Below, piece after piece: positions 46,401-55,556 of a DNA stretch of 64,000 bases. Origin of the DNA: Vicinamibacterales bacterium (lineage in GTDB: Bacteria; Acidobacteriota; Vicinamibacteria; Vicinamibacterales; UBA8438); NCBI GenBank assembly GCA_965262555.1, contig OZ253543.1:3971218-4035217 (forward strand), in the 5' to 3' direction. Numbering within the stretch: the first letter of the stretch is position 1; each line of letters opens with the position of its first letter. The translations under genes and the position numbers were made by a program. The notes below the pieces were generated by a model. It had not been told where the DNA came from. It saw nothing but the letters and a program-made list of their open reading frames with translations, and made no database searches.

Positions 46401-46883
46401 CACACCGGACATACGGCGAGGTCGCTGGAGGAGATCGAGGTCATCGCACGCCTCATCGACGAACTCGTCGGCCGCTGCAGCTGGCAGGACAAGGACGGGA
46501 TCGTCAAACCGCTCACGGAGAGCGACATCCTCGTCATTGCCCCATACAACGCTCAGGTCTCCGCGTTGATCGAGGCGCTCCCCGCGCTGAGCAATCGAAT
46601 CGGCACGGTCGACCGCTTCCAGGGTCAAGAGGCACCAGTCGTTGTCTACTCGATGACGTCCTCGAGCCCGGAACACGCACCACGGGGGATGGAGTTTCTC
46701 TACAGCCGATTCCGTTTCAACGTGGCCACCTCTCGGGCCCGAGCCCTATGCATTCTGGTAGGCAGCCCCGAGTTGTTTCGACCGGAATGCCGAACGCCAC
46801 GCCAGATGAAGATGGCGAACGGATTCTGCCGATACTTGGAGCTGGCGAGAGTCGTCGAGCGCAGTGAATCAGCGCCGCTGTAG
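43446..46883 (+). CDS. RecB/Cas4-like PD-(D/E)xK nuclease + RNaseH-like domain + SF1B (Upf1/Dna2-like) helicase fusion (TM0106-type N-terminus)
   Basis: N-terminus: C21, RVDFL, YEPFDTKL, QLCVYAY, CDYCAWWSAC (4 Cys). Middle: IFLDFEGD, VYHFAPYE, YNREDCES. C-terminus: IQGPPGTGKT, LIVDEAGQMS, LLGDPQQLEQP, TVDRFQGQEAPVVVYS, RFNVATSRAR. Confidence 0.85.
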   Translation: MRQTTDALVRAPTDLSNFLSCRHLSTLDLRAARGEVERPKRYDPVLEDLRARGLAHERAYLERLRAEGLTIAGVSEIGDGAPVYGAEATLAAMREGVDVVYQATLEDDRWSGRVDFLRRVNVPSDLGAWSYEPFDTKLARETKAGTILQLCVYAYLLENTQGVRPGSMHVVTPATGFEPTSYRVDDYGAYFRLLERDIDQFLAGPSETYPELVSHCDYCAWWSACAARRRGDDHLCYVAGISGAQIKSLRALGIERLAQLAALDPVPAPPQGSREALARVRDQARLQVVGRESQAPVHELKEPFDAEHGLALLPEPTPDDIFLDFEGDHFAAEGVREYLLGYVTRGPDGEPVYTALWATTREEERAAFERFMDLVTATRACNPEAHVYHFAPYEPVALKRLMGVYASKEIELDALLRGRAFVDLHMVVKRALIASVERYSIKELEPFFGYERAQDLREATMSRRIVENAVAAGDLDKDLEPHRRVVEDYNREDCESASRLREWLERLRAEVIASGHELPRPAVESGEASEAISDLDRELQRLRDGLLDGVPTEPRDRSADQQARFALAHMMEFHRREDKAGWWEYFRVLGLEAGELEEERRALAGLHFLEQLDDKRAPLQRYLFPAQELDAREKDDVFDCDGNRIGKVHAVSYGECTIDIKKMVKTAGEHPTDVVFHNIVPSDTLRQSLMRFGDAVLNRGFSPREPYRAAVELILRRPPPMSEDGSSLQRHGEKTVDAACRIARALDGSVLAIQGPPGTGKTYTGAHVICALVRAGLRVGVTAVSHKVILNLLEDAAAQARADETAMTIVHRQDGEYEGEWRIRRETNYDSIRGDLNSGDTNVLGATAWCWARPDFEQSVDVLIVDEAGQMSLANVLAAAPAGRSLVLLGDPQQLEQPLQSSHPEGSEVSALYHLLDGEDTMPVNKGLFLAETYRLHPDIATFTSEIYYEGKVAARPGLERQAIVPNGDSDSALTGSGLVYVSVPHTGHTARSLEEIEVIARLIDELVGRCSWQDKDGIVKPLTESDILVIAPYNAQVSALIEALPALSNRIGTVDRFQGQEAPVVVYSMTSSSPEHAPRGMEFLYSRFRFNVATSRARALCILVGSPELFRPECRTPRQMKMANGFCRYLELARVVERSESAPL

Positions 46884-47142
46884 GGTCGGCCCTCTTGAAG
46901 AAGTCGGTCCGCTCAAGGATGTCGGCAAGTATGGTCGGCACGCGACAGTGAGGATTTGAGCAGAGGCATCTTGCTCGCTTTGCGAGTCGCTCGACGGTCG
47001 CTTTTGCTGAAGTCGTCACGCACTCGACTGCATGCTTCGTCGACCAGACGGCGAACAGCAACAGGGGAAGGCCGGCGTCATTGGGACACGCGCGATCGAG
47101 GGCATGTACGCTAACGGCGACGCGCCCTTCTGTCTGGCTCAC

Positions 47143-47270
47143 TCAACCGCATATCCAAGTGCTTCTGCGTTTTCGCGAACCCGAGTGTCCCGTGTCACGA
47201 CCACAATCAACGGCGGTGGCTCGCCAAGCAACTCCGTTGTAGCCAAGTGCACCGCGTCGACCAAGACGCT
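47143..47270 (-). pseudogene. PIN-domain (VapC-like) toxin 3' fragment
   Basis: SVLVDAVHLATTELLGEPPPLIVVVTRDTRVRENAEALGYAVE* matches the C-terminal DA-HLA...VT-D-R...A-ALG pattern of VapC. An in-frame TAG lies immediately upstream and no N-terminal part is present. Confidence 0.55.
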
Positions 47271-47284
47271 CTAGCGATCACTGG

Positions 47285-47470
47285 ATCGCGGCCGTGGCGC
47301 ACGGTTTCCGGTCGAGCTTTCGAGATCGGGTGGCCGAGGAGACCAACGACTCGCGCGAGGTCATCGAGGCGGTGCTGCCGCACGTTGTACAGAACAAGGT
47401 GGAGGTGGCCAATGCGCGGAGGCGCAATAGAGCCGAACCGCGGCGCACGACGTCTTTCCCATGCGGAGGC
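47285..47470 (+). pseudogene. tyrosine recombinase (P4-type integrase) 3' fragment
   Basis: HGFRSSFRDRVAEETNDSREVIEAVLPHVVQNKVEVANAR matches the integrase C-terminal box HGFRSSFRDW...ALAH...VEAAY. The catalytic Tyr position reads N. Nothing integrase-like lies upstream. Confidence 0.65.
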
Positions 47471-47538
47471 AACGCGATGTTTTTCGACCGGATGTTCCTC
47501 TTCCTGCCCGGGGTTGGGCGCCCACGGCCCACACCGCA

Positions 47539-49866
47539 TCAGAACCTGTGGGTATACAGGACCTTCGAAGATAGCCGGCGGTCGAGCGTGTAGGTGTGAC
47601 CGATCACCGGGTCGTCCAGCCAGTTGTGGATATAGACGAAATAGAAATCGTTTCCCGGTGTGAAAATCCATCGAAAGCGCGCCTGCCAACCGAGGATCGC
47701 GCTCTGTGTGTCGTATTGCACATTGTTGACAAGTGAGACTCTGGGGTTGAATTGCGTCTCGGCGATTATGCGATACAACTGGGTGGTGAAGTCCCCTTCT
47801 GCCAGCGACACGCGGTTCCACTCATGAGTGAAGGTGTAGAAATGTCCAGACGCAGCGCGGACGTTGAACGTCGCATTGAGTCGCAGGCGGTCTCCCGAGA
47901 AGAACTCGCCCCACTCGACCTCCGGCCGGACGGAGATGGGGCGGCGGGCTGAAGTCCTTCCGCCGATGGAGTAGCGGGTGAAACCGTAGTCTTGGCCCGT
48001 CGGGAGTGTCACCCCGCGCGCGATGCGGAAATCCCGCTCGAGCAGTTCGTAGGTTGGGAGGATATGCACCTGAATCGAATCCTGGCTGTGAGTCTCGATC
48101 TCGAGCGCCACAATGTCGATCTCCCTGGTCAACAGTCCGTTGTCGACCGGGTCGAGAAACCAGTTCATCGCGGCGCCGAAATTGAAGTTCCGGATCCATG
48201 GATGCTGGCGCGGCCGCGGAGCAAAGCTTACTTGGGGGCTGATGTTTCGGAAGCCGGTTCGGCGAGTATACCCAACCGCCGCGTCGTAGTTCTCCTGGAT
48301 CTCCTGGAACCCGATCTGAAGATCCAATGGGTCGTTCGGGTATGCGAGCACGGCACCAAAGGCTGAGGCCTTACCGGCCGTGTCCATCGGATTCGTCGTG
48401 CGTAGGAAATAGCCGGTCGCACTCAAGTTGTCGGAGCCGAGGAACGTCGATGTCGCCAGCCTCAGGTCGACGCCGATTGTCTGGCGGTCGTCGACGTCGC
48501 CACCACGCGTGTGCCGTAGCGTGTACAGCGCACCGAGGTGGGATTCGCGGAACATCCGGCGCTTGAGACGCACCACCGTGAAGTCCTCCCCAAGGGAACC
48601 GCCTCCTTTCTCGCCGGTCTCGTCACCGGTCTGAACCTGCAGGACACCGATATCGAAAGCTCCGGCCTGGCCGGTCAGCTTGCCACCGAAGTTGATGCCT
48701 TGCGGCGTGTTCTCTTCGTCGAGTCCGATCCGGCGGCTTTGAAACGGGATCAGCGTCTCGCCGCTGCCGCCGGTCTCGAAATTGAAGAAGAGCGCGCCGT
48801 CGAGGAAGAAGTCGCGCTGTTCCGGAAACAGCAGCGAGAAACGCGTGAGGTTGGTCTGGCGCGCGTCGACCTGGGTCTGGGCGAAGTCGGTGTTTACGGT
48901 GAGATTCGTTCGCAGACTCGGGGTGATGTTGTAGAACAGATCGACGCCGACCTGCGCCGCGTTCCTGTCCTCGGCATCATCCCGACCAGGGAACGCCTCT
49001 GACGTGCCCACCACGTATGGCTTGATGTCGAGACCACGGCCCTGGGTCACATCTCGGATCCCGGTCAGCAGACCGGCGTTGCTCATCCGGTTCAACCCTT
49101 GGTTGCGCAGCCAGCCCATCCAGAGGCTCACCTCGTTCTTCCGAGCGATCGTCCGCTGGAAGTTGACGCCCCACCCTTCGCTGTTGGGGTTGAAATTCAT
49201 CGTTCGGAACGGGACTGCGATCTCGAGGGTCCATCCAATCTCGCTCCGGGTCGATCGGGCGTCCCAGATCCCATCCCACCGCCGGTTGTTCGTGTTGTTC
49301 GCGCCTCGCAACGAATCGGCCATTGAACCGGCCGGGTTCATCTCCCACCAGTAGGCGCTCTGACCATCATTGAAGGTGTCGATCGCCCACTGCAATTTGT
49401 CGTCGGACGGAAGGAACCCGTCCCGTCCCATCTGGTAATAAATCAGCTTGTCCGGTTCGGAATCGAACAGCGTGACCCCCATGTAGAGCTTGTCGGAGTC
49501 GTAGACGAAGCGCACTTCCGTCTGCTCGGTGGCGGGCTGGCCGTTGTCCGGATCTCGCTGCAGGAAGTTCGTCGCCGGCACGGCCCGCATCCAGACGTCT
49601 TCATCGAGCCGTCCATCCAGGGTGATCGATTCGTCAGGGTCCATTCGGACCGCTTCCATAAAGCGCCGTTCGTTGGGCGAGGTAGTTGCGCTGCCACGCG
49701 GCACCGACTGAACGGGCGGCGGAGCCGCCAACCGTACGACCGGATTCGGTGTTTGCCCTGTAACGGGAACCTGGGCCTCCTGACTCTCCGCGAAGGCGGG
49801 AAGAGTGACCCCGACGGTGAGAACAAATGCCGCGCCGGATGTCAACTGTCTAATCTGTAGATGCAC
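47539..49866 (-). CDS. outer-membrane-type protein with N-terminal carbohydrate-binding (CBM9-like) region and beta-barrel-like C-terminus (DUF5916-like)
   Basis: 775 aa. Signal peptide ...LPAFAES. ITLDGRLDEDVW...NFLQRDP. Alternating beta-strand pattern throughout. C-terminal KVLYTHRF. Confidence 0.75.
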   Translation of the reverse strand: MHLQIRQLTSGAAFVLTVGVTLPAFAESQEAQVPVTGQTPNPVVRLAAPPPVQSVPRGSATTSPNERRFMEAVRMDPDESITLDGRLDEDVWMRAVPATNFLQRDPDNGQPATEQTEVRFVYDSDKLYMGVTLFDSEPDKLIYYQMGRDGFLPSDDKLQWAIDTFNDGQSAYWWEMNPAGSMADSLRGANNTNNRRWDGIWDARSTRSEIGWTLEIAVPFRTMNFNPNSEGWGVNFQRTIARKNEVSLWMGWLRNQGLNRMSNAGLLTGIRDVTQGRGLDIKPYVVGTSEAFPGRDDAEDRNAAQVGVDLFYNITPSLRTNLTVNTDFAQTQVDARQTNLTRFSLLFPEQRDFFLDGALFFNFETGGSGETLIPFQSRRIGLDEENTPQGINFGGKLTGQAGAFDIGVLQVQTGDETGEKGGGSLGEDFTVVRLKRRMFRESHLGALYTLRHTRGGDVDDRQTIGVDLRLATSTFLGSDNLSATGYFLRTTNPMDTAGKASAFGAVLAYPNDPLDLQIGFQEIQENYDAAVGYTRRTGFRNISPQVSFAPRPRQHPWIRNFNFGAAMNWFLDPVDNGLLTREIDIVALEIETHSQDSIQVHILPTYELLERDFRIARGVTLPTGQDYGFTRYSIGGRTSARRPISVRPEVEWGEFFSGDRLRLNATFNVRAASGHFYTFTHEWNRVSLAEGDFTTQLYRIIAETQFNPRVSLVNNVQYDTQSAILGWQARFRWIFTPGNDFYFVYIHNWLDDPVIGHTYTLDRRLSSKVLYTHRF

Positions 49867-50010
49867 GTCGGCCAGATTATAGGTGCGGGTGTGCTCCGAG
49901 CGGGTGACAGTCGTCCTTCGAGAGTTGCGGTTCCTTGAGCTGCGAGAATTGGGTCGCTAAACGTTGCGGGAGTGAGATTGGGGGGCGGTGCGTTCAGGCT
50001 CGAGGCCGCG

Positions 50011-50895
50011 CTAGCGCGACACGACCAGTAGCACCCCGACGACGACGACACTGGAGCAGCCGAGGGACCAGAGCGTCAACGTCTCGCCCGCGAGCAGGTA
50101 CCCCAGGATGAGGGCGATGACGGGGTTCACGTAGGCGTAGGTGGCCGCCTTGGCCGGAGTCGACGCCTTCAGTAGCCACAGGTAGGAGCCGTAGGCGACC
50201 GATCCGAACGCCGCGACGTAGATCCACGCCCCGAACGCGGCTGGTGACACGGTGGACCAGTCGAGGCCGACGAACTCGCCGGACACGGCCGATATCGCCA
50301 TCAGCGCGGCGCCGCCGCCCAGCATCTGCATGCCCGCCGACAGCCAATGCGAAGAGGGCTGCGGGGCGTAGCGCGAATAGACGGAGCCGGCTGCCCACAG
50401 AAGACTGGCCATGACAAGCGCGCCCGCGCCAACCGCGTCGAGTGCGCGCCCGCCGGCGATGGCGGACGGATTGACGAGCAGGGCGACTCCGGTGAACCCG
50501 ATCGCGAGCCCGAGGATCACCTGTCCCGGCGGTCGGGCGCCACGGGGGCGCAGCCAGTCGGCCAGCGTCACCCAGAACGGCACCATCGAGATGAGCAGGG
50601 CGCCGAGCCCGGAGGGCACGCGCTGCAGTGCCCAACTGACCAGGCCGTTGCCGCCGGCCGCCATCAGCAGGCCGACCACGCCGGTGGTCAGCCAGTGGTA
50701 GGCCGTGGGCCGCGCCGCGCCCTGGTATGCGGCCAACGCGACGAAGACGATCCCGGCGCTCAGGAAGCGCCCGCCAGCCATCAGGAACGGCGGGATCTCC
50801 GCCACGCCCCAGCGGATGGCGAGGTAGGTCGATCCCCAGATGACGTAGACGGCAGCGAAGGCGGCCACGAGCGAGACGCGCGAGGGCTGGGTCAC
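50011..50895 (-). CDS. EamA/DMT-family transporter
   Basis: 294 aa with ten hydrophobic segments. AAVYVIWGSTYLAIR is typical of EamA repeats. Confidence 0.85.
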   Translation of the reverse strand: MTQPSRVSLVAAFAAVYVIWGSTYLAIRWGVAEIPPFLMAGGRFLSAGIVFVALAAYQGAARPTAYHWLTTGVVGLLMAAGGNGLVSWALQRVPSGLGALLISMVPFWVTLADWLRPRGARPPGQVILGLAIGFTGVALLVNPSAIAGGRALDAVGAGALVMASLLWAAGSVYSRYAPQPSSHWLSAGMQMLGGGAALMAISAVSGEFVGLDWSTVSPAAFGAWIYVAAFGSVAYGSYLWLLKASTPAKAATYAYVNPVIALILGYLLAGETLTLWSLGCSSVVVVGVLLVVSR

Positions 50896-51049
50896 GGGAA
50901 CCTGTCGGGGGTGGACACGACGGTGATGGGTCAGCCCGACATTCTAGGTCCACGGTGCAGTGGCCCGTGGTGAACCCAGCGCAACCGGGCTCGATCACCC
51001 TCGGCCGGAGGGTCAGGCAACGCGCCGATGCGGATACGATGAAGGGACG

Positions 51050-51211
51050 ATGAGCCAGCGCGGCCGGACGGGTTGGGTGGTCACAGGGGCCGTCGCGGTG
51101 CTCGCCGGTGGGTGCGTCGCCGCGCAGGAGCCGCAGCCACGTGACGCGACCTGGTTCGAGGGGCGGCGAATCCTCCGGAACCGCGTTGCTCCCCCGAGCC
51201 CCGTGTCTTGA
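51050..51211 (+). pseudogene. amidohydrolase N-terminal remnant
   Basis: MSQRGRTGWVVTGAVAVLAGGCVAAQEPQPRDATWFEG parallels PALPGWVVTCAVALVAGGCVAAQEQQPRDATWFEG of 53938..55326. The DNA is also clearly similar. Homology ends after about 40 codons. Confidence 0.6.
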
Positions 51212-51257
51212 CGAACGCCGAGGTGGCTCGGGCTAACGGTGTCGGAGGCTGGAGGCA

Positions 51258-51785
51258 ATGAGGGAGCTTTTCGAGTCTGCCAGCAGAACGTGGGTTCTCA
51301 GCGCCACGCTGGTCACGGTCCTGGTTCTCCTCGTCGCGGTCTTTCCGGCTCTGCCCATCGGCGGCGAAATGCTCGACGTGAGGGCAGGCTACACCTACCC
51401 GGAGGCTGTCGCCGCGATGGAGAGCTATGGCGAGCAAGGGCGGCGGGTGTATGCGTGGTCCAGCGGGATCCTGGACACGTTGATGCCTGTCGTTTACGTC
51501 AGCTTTCTGGCCGGATTCGTCTACCGGTTCCGACCAACGGAACGGCTTTGGAGGCTGGCGTACCTGCCGCTGGCGGCGGGAGTCCTTGATCTGTCCGAGA
51601 ACGTCCAGGTCGTTCTCATGCTGACTCGATATCCTGACGTGTCTACGTGGCAGGTGGCGAGCGCATCGCTGTTCACGCTATCGAAGCAATACGCGATTTT
51701 GATCTGCCTGGCGCTGGCGATGACCCTGGCGGCTGCCTCGGCGGTGCGCCGGGCCCGGCACGGTTATCGTGACGGTGCGTCGTAG
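51258..51785 (+). CDS. hypothetical membrane protein
   Basis: 175-aa ORF with 4 hydrophobic segments. No domain recognised. Confidence 0.55.
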   Translation: MRELFESASRTWVLSATLVTVLVLLVAVFPALPIGGEMLDVRAGYTYPEAVAAMESYGEQGRRVYAWSSGILDTLMPVVYVSFLAGFVYRFRPTERLWRLAYLPLAAGVLDLSENVQVVLMLTRYPDVSTWQVASASLFTLSKQYAILICLALAMTLAAASAVRRARHGYRDGAS

Positions 51786-52089
51786 CCGTCAACCGCCGGG
51801 AGAGCCACGCGCGGCGTTAGCGGTGGACCCCCACTACCATCGCCTGCTCCACCTCGACTGGATTCGAGCGGACGTCGACGGCGACGGTCGCAGGAAGTAC
51901 GTGCCTCACGCCGATCGAACCGGCCCGCGCCAGCCGGAGCGGTACAAGGCCCCGCCCTTCAGACCCGAGCTGCCGGCTCGAGACACGATCAGAATCTTCA
52001 CCGTCACGTGGTAACGGGAGCGGGTCGACACGCGGGCGGCGATCCGGTAGGATTCACAACTGTTGGAGAGCGCGACCCAAGAGGAGTGT

Positions 52090-52512
52090 ATGAGTCATCG
52101 GAAGCGGGAGAGAGTGCTTTGGACCGTCAGTCTAGCCCTGGGTGTTCAGATTGCGTGTGGAGGTAACCCCGCGGAACCAAGCCCGACCTCCGGTGTCACC
52201 GTGTACCAGCATCCCAATTACGGCGGCGACTCATTCATGTTTGTCGACGACTTCCCCAACTTTAGTCGTCTGGAGGGTCCCTGCGTGACGCAAAACCCGT
52301 TCTCGCCCATAATAATCCCTAGTTGGAATATGTGTGTCTCTTCCGTAAAAATTGCGGCGGGGTGGCAGGCTATCGCATACGGGCTCGTTAATTACTCCGG
52401 CGTGCCCCTCACCATCACGGCCGACATCAGCGATCTCGACGACATAGAGGGGCCGTGCAGCGATGATTGGGACGACTGCATCACATCAATACGGGTGTCC
52501 CCCGCTGAGTAG
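52090..52512 (+). CDS. beta/gamma-crystallin-like lipoprotein
   Basis: ATG 52090 after AAGAGGAG. Lipobox GVQIACGG. VYQHPNYGGDS...WNMCVSSVKIAAGWQAIAY...YSG is a Greek-key crystallin-type pattern. Confidence 0.6.
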   Translation: MSHRKRERVLWTVSLALGVQIACGGNPAEPSPTSGVTVYQHPNYGGDSFMFVDDFPNFSRLEGPCVTQNPFSPIIIPSWNMCVSSVKIAAGWQAIAYGLVNYSGVPLTITADISDLDDIEGPCSDDWDDCITSIRVSPAE

Positions 52513-52671
52513 CGGCGGGACGATTTCCACAAGCCCTGTTGGCCGCGCACCTGCAACGGCCGGTCTGAACGCCCGAGTGACGGCGGCTGCCGACTGGCGC
52601 GCCTGAAGGCGTGGAACGAGCGGAAGCGGGCGCTCGTCCCTCTGACCGGCGCCGGCGCGAACTCTCTCGAC

Positions 52672-53658
52672 TTACGGTGCCCGCTTCGCGGCGGCCTCCA
52701 GGGCGCGCTCACCGTCCAGCACGTTGGCGATCGAGTAGTTCCCCTCGTGACACGCGTACTCGTAGATGACGTAGCCGGGGGGGCTGGTGAGGGGCAGCTC
52801 CACCGTGAAGGGGCGAGTGTAGGTCGCCGGGTCGTGAATCGTGTAGCGGTACTCGATGGTGTCGGCGTCGATGCGGGTGAACCGCTCGACCGCGCGCAGA
52901 CCGCGGGTGCCGGGGAACCCCCGCCACGTCGTGTCGTCGCGGTAGTGCGTGGTCTCGACCACGAGGGCGTCGCCGTCCCAGCGGCCGCGCCCGTCGCCGT
53001 TCCACTGGCGGATGCGCCCGTCGATCTCCGGACGCCCGTCCAGCGGCACGACGCGCACGTCGTGGATCATTTCGTTGAGAATGACGACCTGCCCGGGCGC
53101 CTGGAAGATCTGATACGTGTTGTTGTAGCCGGACGGCACCGGCGGCACGCGCTGGTAGGTCATGCAGCGTTCCTGCAGCGGCCGGTCCTCCCAGGAATCG
53201 AAGGGGTGGGCGCGGCGATGCTCGCGTTGCGCCGCCTGCCGCCGCTCGGCCGCGGGCGTCAGGGGCGGCAGCCTGCCGTCGGGCGGGTCCACGATGAGCG
53301 ACGTGCGCCCGGTCGAGGCGCCCCGATCCCACCAGACCTGGTTGTACGCGAGGGCCAGGTCGCCCTCGCGGCTGAGTTCGCCGCGCCGTTCGGACGACGC
53401 GCGGGTCGCGTCGGCGAGGTTCTGCTCGGCCACCTCCTCCGGGGTCAGGAACTCGCGCCCGGCCAGGGTCGCCGGCCGCTGCAGCGGCGTGAACGTGGCG
53501 TAGGACCAGATGCCCTGCAGGTCCGGATCACCCCAGGGGGTCCGGAGAGTCGTCGCATCCGGCGCCGATGCGGTCTCCTGACCGGCTGCGAGAGCCAGCA
53601 TCGGCCACGCCGCCGCGACCATCGCCGCCGCCGACCGCACCAACCATCGACGAGTCAT
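52672..53658 (-). CDS. secreted protein of unknown function (YEYACHEGN-motif family), paralog of 17514..18575
   Basis: Signal peptide. Shared blocks with 17514..18575 (GRTSLIVDPPDGRLPP, YQIFQAPG, WDGDALVVETTH, IYEYACHEGN). Confidence 0.75.
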   Translation of the reverse strand: MTRRWLVRSAAAMVAAAWPMLALAAGQETASAPDATTLRTPWGDPDLQGIWSYATFTPLQRPATLAGREFLTPEEVAEQNLADATRASSERRGELSREGDLALAYNQVWWDRGASTGRTSLIVDPPDGRLPPLTPAAERRQAAQREHRRAHPFDSWEDRPLQERCMTYQRVPPVPSGYNNTYQIFQAPGQVVILNEMIHDVRVVPLDGRPEIDGRIRQWNGDGRGRWDGDALVVETTHYRDDTTWRGFPGTRGLRAVERFTRIDADTIEYRYTIHDPATYTRPFTVELPLTSPPGYVIYEYACHEGNYSIANVLDGERALEAAAKRAP

Positions 53659-53937
53659 GCCAACCTCCTCGGTTCGCGAGGGCGGTTGTCCGACGAGCCG
53701 CCCGGGCTCGCCGGCACCGATCCGCGGCCCTGGCTTCCCTGAGGATATACCGACCGCCGCGGGACCGGGACGACAGGCTCACCGCGGCGGTGGCCTGTCA
53801 GTTATGGCTCCTACTGTACCATCGCCGCGACGTGTCCTCCGCTTGCTCGCTCGCCGGTTGGTACGGACGGTGGTGATGCGCAAAGCTGCCGTTCACCGTC
53901 GCATACCCGTCGGTGTAGCCCCGACGGAGGGAGGTTC

Positions 53938-55326
53938 ATGATGCGGGCTTCGGAATCGTCAGCCATGACACGAGCGTGGCCCGCGCTGCCGGGTTGGGTG
54001 GTCACGTGCGCCGTCGCGTTGGTCGCCGGTGGGTGTGTCGCCGCGCAGGAGCAGCAGCCACGGGACGCGACCTGGTTCGAGGGCGCCAGACTGATTGACG
54101 GCAACGGCGGCGCGCCCGTCGAGCGGTCGGCATTCGTCGTCGAGGACGGCATCCTCGCCTGGGTTGGCGCGGAGGGCGAGCGAGAGGCGCCCGAGGGTGC
54201 CGCGCGCGTGGACCTGACGGGCAAGACGGTGATCCCGGCGCTGATCGACGCGCACCAGCACTTGGGACTGACCAGCGTGACGGAGGGGACGTACAGCACC
54301 GGCAACTACACGGTGGCCAACCTGGTCGACCACCTGGAGCGCACGGCCTATCACGGCGTCGCGGCGACGATGAGCCTGGGGCTGGAGGCCGACGAGACGC
54401 TGGCGTTCGAGCTGCGGAACGCGCGGGTTCCGAACGCGGCGCGCTTTCTGACATCGGGCCGCGGCATCGCGGCGACGCCGATGGCTGGCCCGCAGCAGGA
54501 GTACCGCCTCGGGATCCCGCGCGGCGCGCAGACCGCGGCGGAGGGGTGGGCGGCGGTTGACGAGCTGCACGGGCACGGGGTCGACATCATCAAGATCTGG
54601 GTCGACGATCGAGGCGGTACGGTGCCGAAACTGGAGCCGGAGGTCTACCGGGCGATCATCGACGAGGCGCACGCCCGCGGCATGCGGGTAACGGCGCATC
54701 TCGGCTCTACCAGCGGGCTGGCCGACGCCAAGGACCTGCTGCGGGCAGGCGTCGATGGCTTCGCGCACACGGTGCGCGACCGCGACGTCGACGAGGAGTA
54801 CCTGGCGCTGGTGCGTGAGTACCCGGATGTCTGGACCATCCCGAACCTGCCCGACTCGCCGGTGACCCTCGACGATCTGCCGTGGTTAAGCGAGACACTG
54901 CCGCCGTTCGAGGTCGAGAACTTGCGCGCGCACGCGGAGCGGTTGGCGGCGGAGGGGCCCGGAGAGTCGTTCGAGCTGCAGTGCCGCAACCTGGCCCGCA
55001 ACCGCGAGGCGGGGATGATCATCGGCATGGGCACCGACTCGGGCGTCAGCGTCGGCTGGACCACCCACACCGAGCTGCGCGACATGGCGGGCTGCGGCCT
55101 CACGCCGATGGAGGTGATCGAGGCCGCGACGCGGGTCAACGCGGAGATCCTGGGGCTCGACGATCTCGGCACGGTGGCGGCGGGGAAGAACGCGTCGTTC
55201 GTGGTGCTCGACGCAAACCCGCTGGACGACATCGGCAACACGCGGCGGATCGCGAGCGTCTATCTGGGTGGCGTGGCGGTGGACCGCGCGGCCCTGCGGG
55301 CGACGTTCATGAATCGCGTGCCCTGA
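53938..55326 (+). CDS. amidohydrolase family protein (metal-dependent, secreted lipoprotein)
   Basis: RBS GGAGGGAGG. LVAGGC lipobox. VIPALIDAHQHLG (HxH). C-terminal FVVLDANPLDDIGNTRRI. Confidence 0.85.
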   Translation: MMRASESSAMTRAWPALPGWVVTCAVALVAGGCVAAQEQQPRDATWFEGARLIDGNGGAPVERSAFVVEDGILAWVGAEGEREAPEGAARVDLTGKTVIPALIDAHQHLGLTSVTEGTYSTGNYTVANLVDHLERTAYHGVAATMSLGLEADETLAFELRNARVPNAARFLTSGRGIAATPMAGPQQEYRLGIPRGAQTAAEGWAAVDELHGHGVDIIKIWVDDRGGTVPKLEPEVYRAIIDEAHARGMRVTAHLGSTSGLADAKDLLRAGVDGFAHTVRDRDVDEEYLALVREYPDVWTIPNLPDSPVTLDDLPWLSETLPPFEVENLRAHAERLAAEGPGESFELQCRNLARNREAGMIIGMGTDSGVSVGWTTHTELRDMAGCGLTPMEVIEAATRVNAEILGLDDLGTVAAGKNASFVVLDANPLDDIGNTRRIASVYLGGVAVDRAALRATFMNRVP

Positions 55327-55398
55327 CGGCGCCGCTGCCGAGGCGGCGCTTCGTTACGGCGCGATTCAGGGAGCAGGCTGGGCCACCGGCGTGCCTAG

Positions 55399-55556
55399 CA
55401 GCCCGTGGTGAAATCCCCGCTACATTCGAGCGGCGATGCATCCCGCCTGCACGGCGTTGCTCCTCGGTCGCCTATGGCCGATAGGCTCCCTCGTCGCGCC
55501 TTGTCAGGCGGGCGCCTCACCACTCTCGGTGCTACGCGGGGTTTCACCACGGGCTG
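55399..55556 (+). mobile_element. MITE copy 2 (158 bp) flanked by CTAG/CTAG
   Basis: Same termini as copy 1 and as the IS at 33116..34579. CTAG at 55395-55398 and 55557-55560. Overlaps the last 17 codons and the stop of the M48 protease gene. Confidence 0.85.

Noticed and set aside
46717-47142. A 141-aa minus ORF downstream of the nuclease-helicase, containing VERLAKRARCLCSNPHCRV, considered as an HNH-like or antitoxin gene.
   Set aside because: Its 3' 167 nt overlap the helicase gene on the opposite strand. It has no recognisable catalytic motif, and the resemblance to HNH leaders is only a Cys-pair impression. It is left unannotated.
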